Notes: generated by a model not told the origin, from the letters alone. A stretch of 64,000 nt of DNA from Thermoanaerobaculia bacterium (GCA_044226625.1 JBGAGQ010000009.1:32001-96000); one strand, 5' to 3'. Counted from the stretch's first letter, positions 9,647 to 18,581 are shown. Numbers and translations: made by a program.

Positions 9647-12553
9647 ATGCCCGTCGCCTCCATCCCCGAAGAAGTCGCCGACGAGACGCTCGGCACGATT
9701 GCCGGCTACCGCCTGTTCGAGCCGATCGGCCGCGGCGGCAGCGCCACCGTCTACCGCGCCGAGCAGCGGGGCGACGGTTTCCTCCGGCCGGTCGCCTTGA
9801 AGATCATCGACCGCTTCGCCGACGCGCCGCGGCTGCGCCGCTTCGACGCCGAAAAGCGCATCCTCGCCGCGCTCGAGCACCCGGGAATCGCGCGCCTGTA
9901 CGACGCAGGTTTCACCTCGACCGGCCGGCCCTACCTCGCGATGGAGCTCGTGCGCGGCAGCGATCTCCTCGAGCACTGCCGGCGGACGGGCGCCTCGACG
10001 CGCGAGCGGATCGCCCTGTTCCTGCTCGTCCTCGACGCGGTCGAGCACGCTCACCGCGCTTCGGTCGTCCACCGCGATCTGAAACCGGGAAACGTCGTGG
10101 TCTCCGAGCAGTCGACGCCGAAGCTCCTCGACTTCGGCATCGCCCGCCTGCTTTCGAGCGAGGAGACGACCGGCGGCGGCACGATCGACACCACCGACAC
10201 GGCGGCGCCGGAGGCCCATCCGACGGAGACCCGGCTTTCGCCGTGGACCCCTTCCTACGCGAGCCCCGAGCAGGTCGCGGGCGACAAGGTCGACCGCGCC
10301 ACCGACCTCTATTCGCTGGGCGTCGTCATCTACGAGTTGCTCACCGGACGCCGGCCCTACCGCCTGGCCGACGACCGCCTGGAAACCCTCGAACGAGCGA
10401 TCCGCGAACAGCCGCCGGAACCGCCCGGTCTCGGCCGCGAGCTGGATTCGATCCTCGCCAAAGCGCTCGAAAAACGCCCGGCCGACCGCTACCTTTCGGC
10501 CGCCGATTTCGCCGCGGATCTGCGGCGTCATCTCGAAGGGCGGCCGATCTTCGCTCGGCCCGTCTCGCAGTTCGGGCGCCTCGGCGTCGCGCTCCGCCGC
10601 CGTGGAGCCTCGTCCGCCGTCCTCTCGCTGCTCCTGGTCGTGGCGCTCGTCGCGCTCGCCGCGCTGCTCGGCGGCCCCTCGTTCCGCCGCGCTCGCGAGA
10701 CGTCGGGGCCGGCCGATCCGGCGGCCTCTCCGTTCCTCGCCCTGCCCGTCGCCGCACCGGCGCAGGCGGATTTCGCGGCGGGGCTCGACGCGCTCGCGCG
10801 GTTCGAGACCCGGCGGGCGGTCGCGCGCCTCCGTGCGGCGGCCGACGCCGACCCCGACCAGCCGCTGATCCGCGCCGCGCTCGCGACCGCCCACTCCCGC
10901 GCGGGTCACGACTACCTGGCCCGCGCCGAAGGGCGACGGGCGTTGGACCTCGCGCCGGCCGAGCCGCGCGAAAGCCGCCTGCTCGCCGAGGCGACGGCAC
11001 TCCAGACCTCCGGCGACAAGGCGCGGGAGCTCGAACGGCGCCGCTCGCTCTGGGTCCTCTCGCCGACCCGATTCGAGGCCGGCTATCTGCTCGCGAAGAG
11101 CTTGAACGACGGCGGCACGGCGGACGAGGCGCTCGAGGTGGTCGCCCGGCTGCGCGCCCTGCCGGCCGGCCGCGTCTCGCCGAACGACCTGCGGCTCGGC
11201 CTGCTCGAAGCCGAGGCGCTCAACCAGCTGGGGCGCCCCGCCGACGCCGCGCGCGCGGCTTCGACGGTCGCCGGCGAAGCGATGCGACGGCGCCTGTCCG
11301 CGCTCGCCGCGAACGCCCTTCTACTCGAAAGCCTGGCTCAGGACGGCCTGGGAGCCACCGAGGCCATGGACGCGCTCGCCGTACGGGCGCACCGCCTGTT
11401 CGTACCTCTCGGCGAAACCTGGGGCGTCGCCCGGGCGCTCAACCTACGGTGTATCGCCCGCGTGCGCGATTCGCGCGCCGAGGAGGCCGAGAGGATCTGC
11501 GGCGACTGCATCCGTATGGCCGAACGGGCGGGCAGCGCCACGACCGCCGCTCGCGGGCTCGCGAATCTGGGCATGTCGCGGCGCCACGCGGGGCGCATCG
11601 CCGAGGCCCGGGCTCTCTACGTCCGGGCGATCGAGACCGAGGCGCGCGGACCGCTCCGCGACCGGATGAGCCAGGCGCGCTACCTCCACAACCTGGCGAA
11701 TCTCGACTCCGACCTCGGGCACCTACCGCAGGCGGAGGAGGGGTACCGGAAGTCGGCCGTGATCCTGCGCGAGGCGGGCAATCGCCTCAGCCTGCTGCGC
11801 TCGCTGAACGCGCTCGCCGCGGTGCTCATGTACCGCGGATCGCTCGCCGAAGTGGAAAGCGTTCTCGCCGAGGCCTCCGCCCTCGCGGGATCGGCCGGAT
11901 CGGCCCGAGACCGCGGCATCGTCCTCTGGCGCCGGGGGGATCTCGCCAAGCTCGAAGGCGACCTGCCGCTCGCCCGTAGCCTTTACGACCAGGCGGCGGG
12001 CGAGCTGGCGTCGAACGCTCCCGCGGCGATCGCCGCGCCGTTCGAAGCGTCGCGGAAGCAGCTCGCGCCCTCGTCCGAACGGGCTTGCCGCGACCTCGAG
12101 TCGTCGCACGCCGAGTTGGTTCGGCTCGAAGATCGGGCGGAGAACGAGCTCGCGATCGGCATCGCGCGCTGCTACGACGAGGCCGGATTCCCGCGCCGCG
12201 CCCAGGTCTGGCTCGACCGCGCGGCACCCGGCGCCGCGAGCTCCCAGCTCCCCGCGATCCGGACCGAATTCGAGCTCGTCCGCGCCGCGCTCGCCTTGAA
12301 GGGGCGGCGCTTCGACGAGGCGGACCGAGTGCTGACCGCGGCCACCGCCGCTTGCCGCGAGTTCTCCCTCGGCACCCAGCTCATGGAGGTCCGCCTGCTC
12401 TCCGCGCGTTTGGCTCTGCAACGGGGCGAGCATCCCGAGCGGGTCCGGACGCTCGCCGAAGAGCTCCTACGCGACGCCGAGGCGGGGCGCTTCGGCAAGG
12501 CCGCCCGGGGGGCCCGGGAGATCCTCGCCGCGCCCCGCCTCGCGCGGGGGTGA
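9647..12553 (+). CDS. Transmembrane Ser/Thr protein kinase with TPR ectodomain (paralogue 3)
   Basis: GGGAGGA RBS before ATG 9647; same kinase motifs; TM AVLSLLLVVALVALAALL; TPR region. Confidence 0.94.
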   Translation: MPVASIPEEVADETLGTIAGYRLFEPIGRGGSATVYRAEQRGDGFLRPVALKIIDRFADAPRLRRFDAEKRILAALEHPGIARLYDAGFTSTGRPYLAMELVRGSDLLEHCRRTGASTRERIALFLLVLDAVEHAHRASVVHRDLKPGNVVVSEQSTPKLLDFGIARLLSSEETTGGGTIDTTDTAAPEAHPTETRLSPWTPSYASPEQVAGDKVDRATDLYSLGVVIYELLTGRRPYRLADDRLETLERAIREQPPEPPGLGRELDSILAKALEKRPADRYLSAADFAADLRRHLEGRPIFARPVSQFGRLGVALRRRGASSAVLSLLLVVALVALAALLGGPSFRRARETSGPADPAASPFLALPVAAPAQADFAAGLDALARFETRRAVARLRAAADADPDQPLIRAALATAHSRAGHDYLARAEGRRALDLAPAEPRESRLLAEATALQTSGDKARELERRRSLWVLSPTRFEAGYLLAKSLNDGGTADEALEVVARLRALPAGRVSPNDLRLGLLEAEALNQLGRPADAARAASTVAGEAMRRRLSALAANALLLESLAQDGLGATEAMDALAVRAHRLFVPLGETWGVARALNLRCIARVRDSRAEEAERICGDCIRMAERAGSATTAARGLANLGMSRRHAGRIAEARALYVRAIETEARGPLRDRMSQARYLHNLANLDSDLGHLPQAEEGYRKSAVILREAGNRLSLLRSLNALAAVLMYRGSLAEVESVLAEASALAGSAGSARDRGIVLWRRGDLAKLEGDLPLARSLYDQAAGELASNAPAAIAAPFEASRKQLAPSSERACRDLESSHAELVRLEDRAENELAIGIARCYDEAGFPRRAQVWLDRAAPGAASSQLPAIRTEFELVRAALALKGRRFDEADRVLTAATAACREFSLGTQLMEVRLLSARLALQRGEHPERVRTLAEELLRDAEAGRFGKAARGAREILAAPRLARG

Positions 12554-12575
12554 CCGGCGGGAGGGCGGGCCGCCG

Positions 12576-14009
12576 TTAGAGCGGTCCGAAAGCGAACAGG
12601 ATCGACTTGTCGTTGATCTGGGACACCGCGTAGAGGCGCCCGTCGACGGTCAAGGCGGGGTGCGCGTTGTGGAACTCCTGGATCGTGAGCGCGTGCGTCA
12701 GGCTCTGCAGGTCGTGCTCGAAGATTCCCAGCTCGTCGAGGTTCGGCACGACCACCTCGTTCGCGCTCGCCGCCAGGCCGGCCGCGAGACCGAGCACGGG
12801 ATAGGGCTGGGGACGAAGCGTCGACGTGAGCTCCTTGGTCCCCGGCTTGAGGAAATGCACCGCGTGATCCGCCGGCACGATCCAGGCGTCCCCGGCGAGC
12901 GCGGGCGGGTTCATCACCGGCTCGCCCGCGTCGTAAGTCGCCTTGAGCGAGAACGAGGCGAGATCGTAGATCCGGACCCGGTGGCAGCTCGCGCCGAAGA
13001 CGACCAGGCCTTCCGGCGTGACCGTCGGGCTCGAGAGCCGCACGCCGTCGGCCTCCGCGCGATCGCCCCAGCGCTTGACTAGGCGACCCGGAACCGTCGC
13101 GGCCGCCGGGTCGAACTGGAGCACCTCGAGACGCGACCGGCAGTGATGATCGGTCAAGGCGACCAGCGGCGCGGTCGGGGTCGAAAAACCGTGGAGCGGC
13201 GTGTCGAGGATCGCCGGCGTCGACTCCGTCGGCCAGCCGTAGGTCTCGAACAGGGGCCCGCTTGCCATGGCCTCGAGCCCGCCCGCGTCCTTCGCCCGGC
13301 TCGCGCTCTTCCGGAAGGCGCCGCCGCCGTGGAGGTCGATGCACCCCTCGCCCACCGGGTGGCGGGCGAAGATCTGGCCCGCCCCGTCGAACACCACCAG
13401 CTCATGGAAGGAGTACGGCGCGAAGGAGAGGTCCCAGTTGGAGAACGCCACGTGGACGAAGACGAACGACTGACCGTCGAGCGTCCAGACCTTCGGCGAG
13501 CCGGACGACTTGCTCGGATTCCTGAACATGGTCGGCAGGTCGACCTGCCACACCGTCGTGCAGTTCGGGGCGACCCGGACGAGAGCGGTCTGATCGTGGG
13601 TATCGGTCGGCCGCGTCACCAGAAGCGCCACGTCGCCGTTCGGAAACATTGCGGGGACCGAGAGGATATGGGCCGATTTGAAGTTCCGGCTGCACTGCAC
13701 GTCGCCGTTCGGCCGGAACGCCCAGAGCGTGCCGGTTTCCGTCCCGACGTAGATCGTGCCCGCGACCGGGTCGACGATCGGGCCTCCCGCGCCGACGTTG
13801 CCGTCGAGTTGGTACGCCCAGTTGGCGACCACCGGAACCTTGGTGAACGAGTTGACGAAGCTCGTGTTCGAGAGATTTCCGTACGCCTGGTCCCACCCGG
13901 CCGCGGCGCGGGACGGCACGGCGCCCCCCATCCAAGCGACGACGCCCGCCAGAACGGCGTGGACCAACGCCCCGCGAAGCCCGCGGTTCCCACTCCCACG
14001 TGGACTCAT
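12576..14009 (-). CDS. Secreted PQQ-like beta-propeller protein
   Basis: AAGGAGAG RBS; signal peptide; WDQAYGN..NTS, IYVGTETGTLWAF, SSPTVTPEGLVVFG repeats. Confidence 0.75.
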   Translation of the reverse strand: MSPRGSGNRGLRGALVHAVLAGVVAWMGGAVPSRAAAGWDQAYGNLSNTSFVNSFTKVPVVANWAYQLDGNVGAGGPIVDPVAGTIYVGTETGTLWAFRPNGDVQCSRNFKSAHILSVPAMFPNGDVALLVTRPTDTHDQTALVRVAPNCTTVWQVDLPTMFRNPSKSSGSPKVWTLDGQSFVFVHVAFSNWDLSFAPYSFHELVVFDGAGQIFARHPVGEGCIDLHGGGAFRKSASRAKDAGGLEAMASGPLFETYGWPTESTPAILDTPLHGFSTPTAPLVALTDHHCRSRLEVLQFDPAAATVPGRLVKRWGDRAEADGVRLSSPTVTPEGLVVFGASCHRVRIYDLASFSLKATYDAGEPVMNPPALAGDAWIVPADHAVHFLKPGTKELTSTLRPQPYPVLGLAAGLAASANEVVVPNLDELGIFEHDLQSLTHALTIQEFHNAHPALTVDGRLYAVSQINDKSILFAFGPL

Positions 14010-14094
14010 GACCCTCTCCTTTCGGATTCGTACCGTGACGACGGGAGAGGCGGAAAAACCCGGAGTCCGGGGCCAGGCGGGGGCGCCCCGAGCC

Positions 14095-14592
14095 CTACTT
14101 GCCCGATCTCTTCTTGAACGACCAGGTGAACGCGAACCGCGCGGCGACCGTGCCGTCCGGCAGGCGTCCGATCGTCTCCGCACGCACGGTCTGCGGCTCG
14201 CCGGTCTCGATCGCCTGGGCGACCGCGGTGGCGATTTGCGGACCGGCGTCGCAGGTGAAGGTCAACCGGGCGCTCGCCTTCTTTTCGAACGCCGCTTCGA
14301 GACCGACGATCAGAAGGGCGACCGGCGCTTTCGATACCTCGATCGCCGCCATCGCGAGCGCGCCGGTCGAGAGCTCCGCCGCCATCGCCTGGGCCGCGAA
14401 GTAGATTGAGCGGAACGGGTTGGTCGACCGCCAGCCGTACGGGAGCGAGACGACGCATCGCTCGGTCGAGATCTCGTCGATCCGCAACCCCGCGAACAGG
14501 GCGAGCGGCAGCTTCGAGAGGAAATAGAGCCGCATCAGGAACCGCGAGCGGGCCTGGCGGAGGAACTTCGAATCGTTCGTCGTCGGAGGCAT
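14095..14592 (-). CDS. Hotdog-fold thioesterase-like protein (DUF4442/PaaI-like)
   Basis: LPLALFAGLRI...LPYGWRSTNPFRSIYFAAQAMAAELSTG...FEKKA. Confidence 0.8.
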   Translation of the reverse strand: MPPTTNDSKFLRQARSRFLMRLYFLSKLPLALFAGLRIDEISTERCVVSLPYGWRSTNPFRSIYFAAQAMAAELSTGALAMAAIEVSKAPVALLIVGLEAAFEKKASARLTFTCDAGPQIATAVAQAIETGEPQTVRAETIGRLPDGTVAARFAFTWSFKKRSGK

Positions 14593-14640
14593 GAGGCGAT
14601 GGATCTTACCGGACGCCGCGGCCCGCACCGCGCGACCGCC

Positions 14641-14792
14641 GACCGCTCGGCGCCGTCACTTCGAGAGAGCGGTCACCGCTCCTCATCCTCCTCACGCCAG
14701 TTACGAGACCGACGGAAGCGACCCGACGGTCTCGCGTATCGACGCCTGGGACGCGGTTCCCTCCGCGCTCGACCGCGGAGGGAATCCCCAGG
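14641..14792. other. Cluster of three GC-rich hairpins in non-coding DNA
   Basis: GACCGCTC/GAGCGGTC (14641-14674); CGAGACCG/CGGTCTCG (14704-14734); TTCCCTCCGCG/CGCGGAGGGAA (14757-14784) enclosed by CCTGGG/CCCAGG. Confidence 0.6.
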
Positions 14793-14837
14793 TCTCGCGA
14801 CGCGCCGCGAAGCTACCGCGCACGAAGACCCCGGCGC

Positions 14838-15298
14838 CGCGCTCCGGTGCCGCGCGACGGCGCCCTCCTCCTTCAACGTGACGCTTCCCTTCCGCAACAC
14901 GAGGTACGAATCACGGGACAAGACGAATTATCGACGAGACACGATGCACCAGTTCGTAGACACGATGCACCGCTTCCGCAACACGAGGCAGCGGTGCTGC
15001 ATCGGAACGTTTCGCGACAAAGCCGAGGAGAAGGCCTTCCGGGCGTCGGCGGAATCGTTCTGGGAGCCATTAAAGAGGTGCGCGAGCTCTCGGCAGCGAA
15101 TCCTCGCGTTCCGTCATCGGTCCCTTGCGGTGCGTTCCGAACGTTGTGATCCATGGGACCTCTCATCTGCGTTGCGAGACCGGTGCGTAGCGTGATTGCA
15201 CCGGTGCGCAGCGTCTCGTCGCCGGTAACCGACTCGGTCGCGCCTCTCCCCAACATTGCGTTAGGAGCGTCCGCACCGACCGATTTGCTCGCGCGGCT
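14838..15298. repeat. Degenerate 21-bp tandem array, about 22 units
   Basis: AGACACGATGCACC at 14937 and 14958 (21 apart); CTTCCGCAACACGAGG at 14889 and 14973 (84 apart); ACCGGTGCGYAGCGT at 15179 and 15200 (21 apart); register appears to be kept across the tract. Confidence 0.75.
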
Positions 15299-15762
15299 CA
15301 ATCCGGAGATGCCGAGCTCGCGACGGCCGGATTCCGGTAGCGCGTCGGCGCACGCCCCTCCCCGCGCACCTCGACCTGCAATCGTCCGGCGTCCGCCATC
15401 TCCTGGAGCACCCGGAACAGCGAGCTGCGCTCCGGTTCCCAGGGGAGCACGGCCAGTAAGTCGTTTCGGCTGAACCGTTCCGGAAGCCGCTCGAGCGCAG
15501 CCTCCACTTCGGCCTGCAGCTGTCCCGGCTGCCGCCGCACGCGCTTCGCCGGAACCGGAGGTACCTCCCGCTCGAGGCCCAAAGCGGCGGCCGGTGCGGC
15601 TGGAACCGCGCCCCCCGGGCCGGCCTCCCCCTCCGCCGTGGTCATCCAGACGAGGTCCAGCGCCCGCCGCTGCTGCCGGTGCGCTGCTTCCAGAAGCTCG
15701 ATTCCGGCTCGGAGCTGCTCGTCGAGCTGGCGTTTGCGGGTCTCATATTCATGTTGCGTCAT
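15298..15762 (-). CDS. Hypothetical protein: N-terminal coiled coil, C-terminal probable winged helix
   Basis: MTQHEYETRKRQLDEQLRAGIELLEAAHRQQRRALDLVW; low-complexity linker; LPERFSRNDLLAVL...RSSLFRVLQEMADAGRLQVEVRGEGRAPTRYR. Confidence 0.75.
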   Translation of the reverse strand: MTQHEYETRKRQLDEQLRAGIELLEAAHRQQRRALDLVWMTTAEGEAGPGGAVPAAPAAALGLEREVPPVPAKRVRRQPGQLQAEVEAALERLPERFSRNDLLAVLPWEPERSSLFRVLQEMADAGRLQVEVRGEGRAPTRYRNPAVASSASPD

Positions 15763-15797
15763 GCGATGCATTGCAACACGGAGAGCGTTCGCAACAC
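15752..15797 (-). promoter_or_regulatory. Putative operator repeats over the promoter/start of the wHTH gene
   Basis: GCAACAC at 15773 and 15791 plus inverted TGTTGC at 15752. Confidence 0.45.
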
Positions 15798-15931
15798 AAG
15801 ACGTCGATCCCCGGGATCCGCTCCTTCAGGGTCGGCCTCGCTCCCCCTTCTTAGCCTCCCTTCCGAGCGGGGGGATGAACGACCGGGAACGCGAGATCCT
15901 CGCCAAGGCGGGAAAGTGGTACTCTCCCACC

Positions 15932-16258
15932 ATGGCAGAGCCAGTCCGACAGCCGAAAACTCGTACCTCGTTTCTGACGCTGGATCCGAAGGGGCGCGCG
16001 ACGTTTCCCGAGGACGTTCGAAGGGCGTTGTCCGTCGGCCCAGGCGACCTCATCCTGCTGGAGCGCACGGAGCGAGGAACCTTCGAGCTGGTGCCCGCGA
16101 CCTTAGTGCCTACCGACCAGCTCTGGTTCCATCATCCGGAAATGCAGGAACGGATCGCTCGAGCGGAGAAGGACTTCGCGGAGGGCCGGTCGACGCGTAC
16201 GCGTACCCCCGAGGAAGCACAGGACTTTCTCGACGGTCTGAAGAAGCTTCGTCGATAG
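15932..16258 (+). CDS. AbrB/MazE/SpoVT-family antitoxin
   Basis: LTLDPKGRATFPEDVRRALSVGPGDLILL...DQLWFHHPEMQERIARAEKDFAEGR; TGGTACTCT extended -10 6 nt upstream. Confidence 0.85.
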   Translation: MAEPVRQPKTRTSFLTLDPKGRATFPEDVRRALSVGPGDLILLERTERGTFELVPATLVPTDQLWFHHPEMQERIARAEKDFAEGRSTRTRTPEEAQDFLDGLKKLRR

Positions 16259-16259
16259 C

Positions 16260-16562
16260 GTGGCGCGAAAGCAGGTGTTCCTCGCGGCCGAATGGTCGGA
16301 GCCATGGAAGGAGAGCTACGCAAACCTGAGCTCCGATCGGCAGGCCGGCTGCGACAAAGCCGTCATCGCCCTCATCAAGCGTGTGGACTCGCCGGGGCTT
16401 CGGATCAAGCCCATCCATCCCGACAAATATTTCGTCGAAGCCCGAATCAATAGTGGCGACCGCATCGTGTTCCGTATCGAGGGAGACACGATCCTGTTCG
16501 TGGACGTCGTAAAGCACGACGACATCTCTCGCTACGGATCGAGGCCTGGAAAGCGCGGCTGA
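16260..16562 (+). CDS. RelE/ParE-fold toxin-like protein
   Basis: SPGLRIKPI...FVEARINSGDRIVFRIEGDTILFVDVVKHD; directly follows the antitoxin. Confidence 0.75.
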   Translation: MARKQVFLAAEWSEPWKESYANLSSDRQAGCDKAVIALIKRVDSPGLRIKPIHPDKYFVEARINSGDRIVFRIEGDTILFVDVVKHDDISRYGSRPGKRG

Positions 16563-16580
16563 GCAAATGAAACGCAGGAA

Positions 16581-16609
16581 CGCCCCGGGCCTCACCAAGG
16601 CCCGGGGCG
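16581..16609. terminator. Hairpin terminator between convergent genes
   Basis: CGCCCCGGGCCT-cacca-AGGCCCGGGGCG 12-bp stem; T-rich tail on minus strand. Confidence 0.65.
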
Positions 16610-16643
16610 CGCACGATTCGTCCTCTCGGTTCGCGGGCCTTTC

Positions 16644-18581
16644 CTACCGCTTACTCACCAGGTAAGGAATCGCCGCCTTGATCGCGTCGCCGATGATCGC
16701 CCCGGCCTTCGAGTCGCCGGTCGTGTCGTCGGTGGTCCAGTCCTCGGTGAACATCGCGACGCTGAATTGGTGCGAGAGCGAGGTGTAGTCGCCCGAGCCG
16801 AAGTCCCAGTTCCAGGCGACGCCGATCCAGCTCTTCACTTTGTATTTGCCGCCGTCCTTGCCGCCCCAGGCCTGGAAGGCGCCGTTCGCGGGGGGCGCGT
16901 AGGAGTTGTTCTTGTCGAGCTCGCGGACGAGGTCCCCTTCGTCGAACACGGTAAGCAGGTCGTGGTCGGCGAGGCCGCGGAAGAAGCGCCCGACCTCGGC
17001 CGGGGTCACGGAGTTCGCGAGGGTGTTGTAGTAGAGGTCGTAGCGCGCGTCGTTCGAGACGCCCGAGTTGTTGACCTTCGTGAAGCAGGCCTTGTCGGCC
17101 GCGGTCGAGTAGGTCAGGTCGCCCGCGCGGAACCAGCTTTCGAAGCTGTGGCACGGCACCGAATAGACGCAGGCGTCGGCGTTGCCCTGGATCCGCTTGT
17201 CCACCGTGCAGATGCTGGTGATCTCTCCGACGTTCTGCATCGAGGCCTGCGAGGCGAGGAATTCGTTCACCGCGAGGCCACCATCGAAGTGCTCGATCAA
17301 ACCGAACAGTCGATCCGTCGAGCAACTGTCGCTGTTGTCGATCATGTGGTCCAGGTACGTCGCGATCGTTTGATTGTCGCCGATGTCCGCCTTGGTGAAT
17401 CCGCGGGTCGTCTCGCCGCGCCAGTCGCCGGTGCGCAGCTGATAAAGGTCGCCCGCCGCGAGCTCGGGCATCGTGACCTCCTTGGCGGCGATGAACGTCT
17501 TCGCGGCCGAGGCGAGATAGAACGGCTCGTTCGGATTGAACGCGATCCAGTGGCCGGTGGTGAGGTCCTCGATGTAGAAGCCGACGGAGCCTTTTCGCCC
17601 GTCGCTTCCGTTCGTCGTGTATTCGACGAGCTTCGATTTCAGTTGATCGATCGCGGCGCCGCTCAAGGCCACGTTACCGGTGAGGACGTTCCTCGCCTGA
17701 CGCCGGATCCAGATCCCCGAGAAACGCAGCTCCGAGCCGACATAGTAGGCGTCGAGGTCCACCTCGAGGTAGTTGGCTTTCTTCTGCTCGATGATCGCGC
17801 CCTGCATCTGCGCGGCGGTCCGATCGCGCAAAGAGATCCAGCCGTCGATGCCGCTCTCGCGTACCCAAAGGCCGGCGTAGCGCAGACCCGCGGAGGTCGG
17901 ATAGGCGGCGATGTCGACCGGCCGATAGCCAGCGTTCTTATAGAAGGTCCACCAGGAGCTGTAGTCCGCCGAGGTGAGATCGCGCTTGTAGCCGAAATCG
18001 GTCAAGCCGTCCTGGACCCAGACCGCGGCGTAATAGGTCGTGCTTCCCACGCGATAGCCGTTCACCCGGATCGGGCGGAAGCGCTGCCCGGCGTACTCGG
18101 CCATTTTCGCGTCCAATTGCGCGAGGGTGAGGATGCGGTGCGACTTGAACGGCTTCGTGCCCCCCTGCTCCTTGATCCAGATCGCGTTGTAATAGGGCGT
18201 CCCGGAGACGACGTGGGCATCGAGGTCGAGCACCCGGAAGCCCTGGCCGATCAGCTGATCCCACAGCGACTGATAGGCGGCAGCGGTCAGACCGCGCTTC
18301 GAGGTCCAGGCGGTGATACTCGAATCCTTGTGCCAGAGACCGCTGTAGCGCGTCGCGGCGCCCGATCGCTCGACGCCCGAAAGATTCACCGGCGCGTAAC
18401 CGAGATCCCGCCAATGCGTCCAGGCCGCGCTGTAGGAAGAATCGGCCACCCCGCCGACCTCCTGGCCAAAGACGACCGGATTGCCGGCCCAAGGTCCAAC
18501 GGCGAGCGCGGGCGAAGCCGCGAGAACTAGCGCCGCCGCGACAGCTCCTCGACGGCAACGGGAAAGAATGTTCTGGAACAT
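16644..18581 (-). CDS. Secreted serine hydrolase: about five tandem BTRD1/polyglycine-hydrolase-like repeats plus class A beta-lactamase-like domain
   Basis: Signal peptide; repeats of G[YF]R..D...Y......RY[AS][GA].W; YLASAAK (SxxK), NSDS, GKDGG. Confidence 0.85.
   Translation of the reverse strand: MFQNILSRCRRGAVAAALVLAASPALAVGPWAGNPVVFGQEVGGVADSSYSAAWTHWRDLGYAPVNLSGVERSGAATRYSGLWHKDSSITAWTSKRGLTAAAYQSLWDQLIGQGFRVLDLDAHVVSGTPYYNAIWIKEQGGTKPFKSHRILTLAQLDAKMAEYAGQRFRPIRVNGYRVGSTTYYAAVWVQDGLTDFGYKRDLTSADYSSWWTFYKNAGYRPVDIAAYPTSAGLRYAGLWVRESGIDGWISLRDRTAAQMQGAIIEQKKANYLEVDLDAYYVGSELRFSGIWIRRQARNVLTGNVALSGAAIDQLKSKLVEYTTNGSDGRKGSVGFYIEDLTTGHWIAFNPNEPFYLASAAKTFIAAKEVTMPELAAGDLYQLRTGDWRGETTRGFTKADIGDNQTIATYLDHMIDNSDSCSTDRLFGLIEHFDGGLAVNEFLASQASMQNVGEITSICTVDKRIQGNADACVYSVPCHSFESWFRAGDLTYSTAADKACFTKVNNSGVSNDARYDLYYNTLANSVTPAEVGRFFRGLADHDLLTVFDEGDLVRELDKNNSYAPPANGAFQAWGGKDGGKYKVKSWIGVAWNWDFGSGDYTSLSHQFSVAMFTEDWTTDDTTGDSKAGAIIGDAIKAAIPYLVSKR

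Noticed and set aside
1500-13344. Long antisense or alternate-frame ORFs (e.g. 2785-4698, 6512-8902, 7386-9620, 9595-11979)
   Set aside because: Arg/Pro/Ala-rich shadow ORFs typical of high-GC DNA, overlapping well-supported genes
14838-15298. CRISPR or TIGR-type guide array
   Set aside because: No constant repeat alternating with unique spacers, the period is only 21 nt, and no cas or Nop-domain gene is in the window
14641-15298. DGR template repeat or retron ncRNA
   Set aside because: No reverse transcriptase in the window and no second copy differing only at adenines was seen; an RT acting in trans cannot be excluded
14599-15473. ORFs 14599-15195, 14847-15149, 14873-15301 and 15153-15473 as real genes
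   Set aside because: No RBS, atypical codon usage, mutually overlapping; better explained as read-through of the repeat tract
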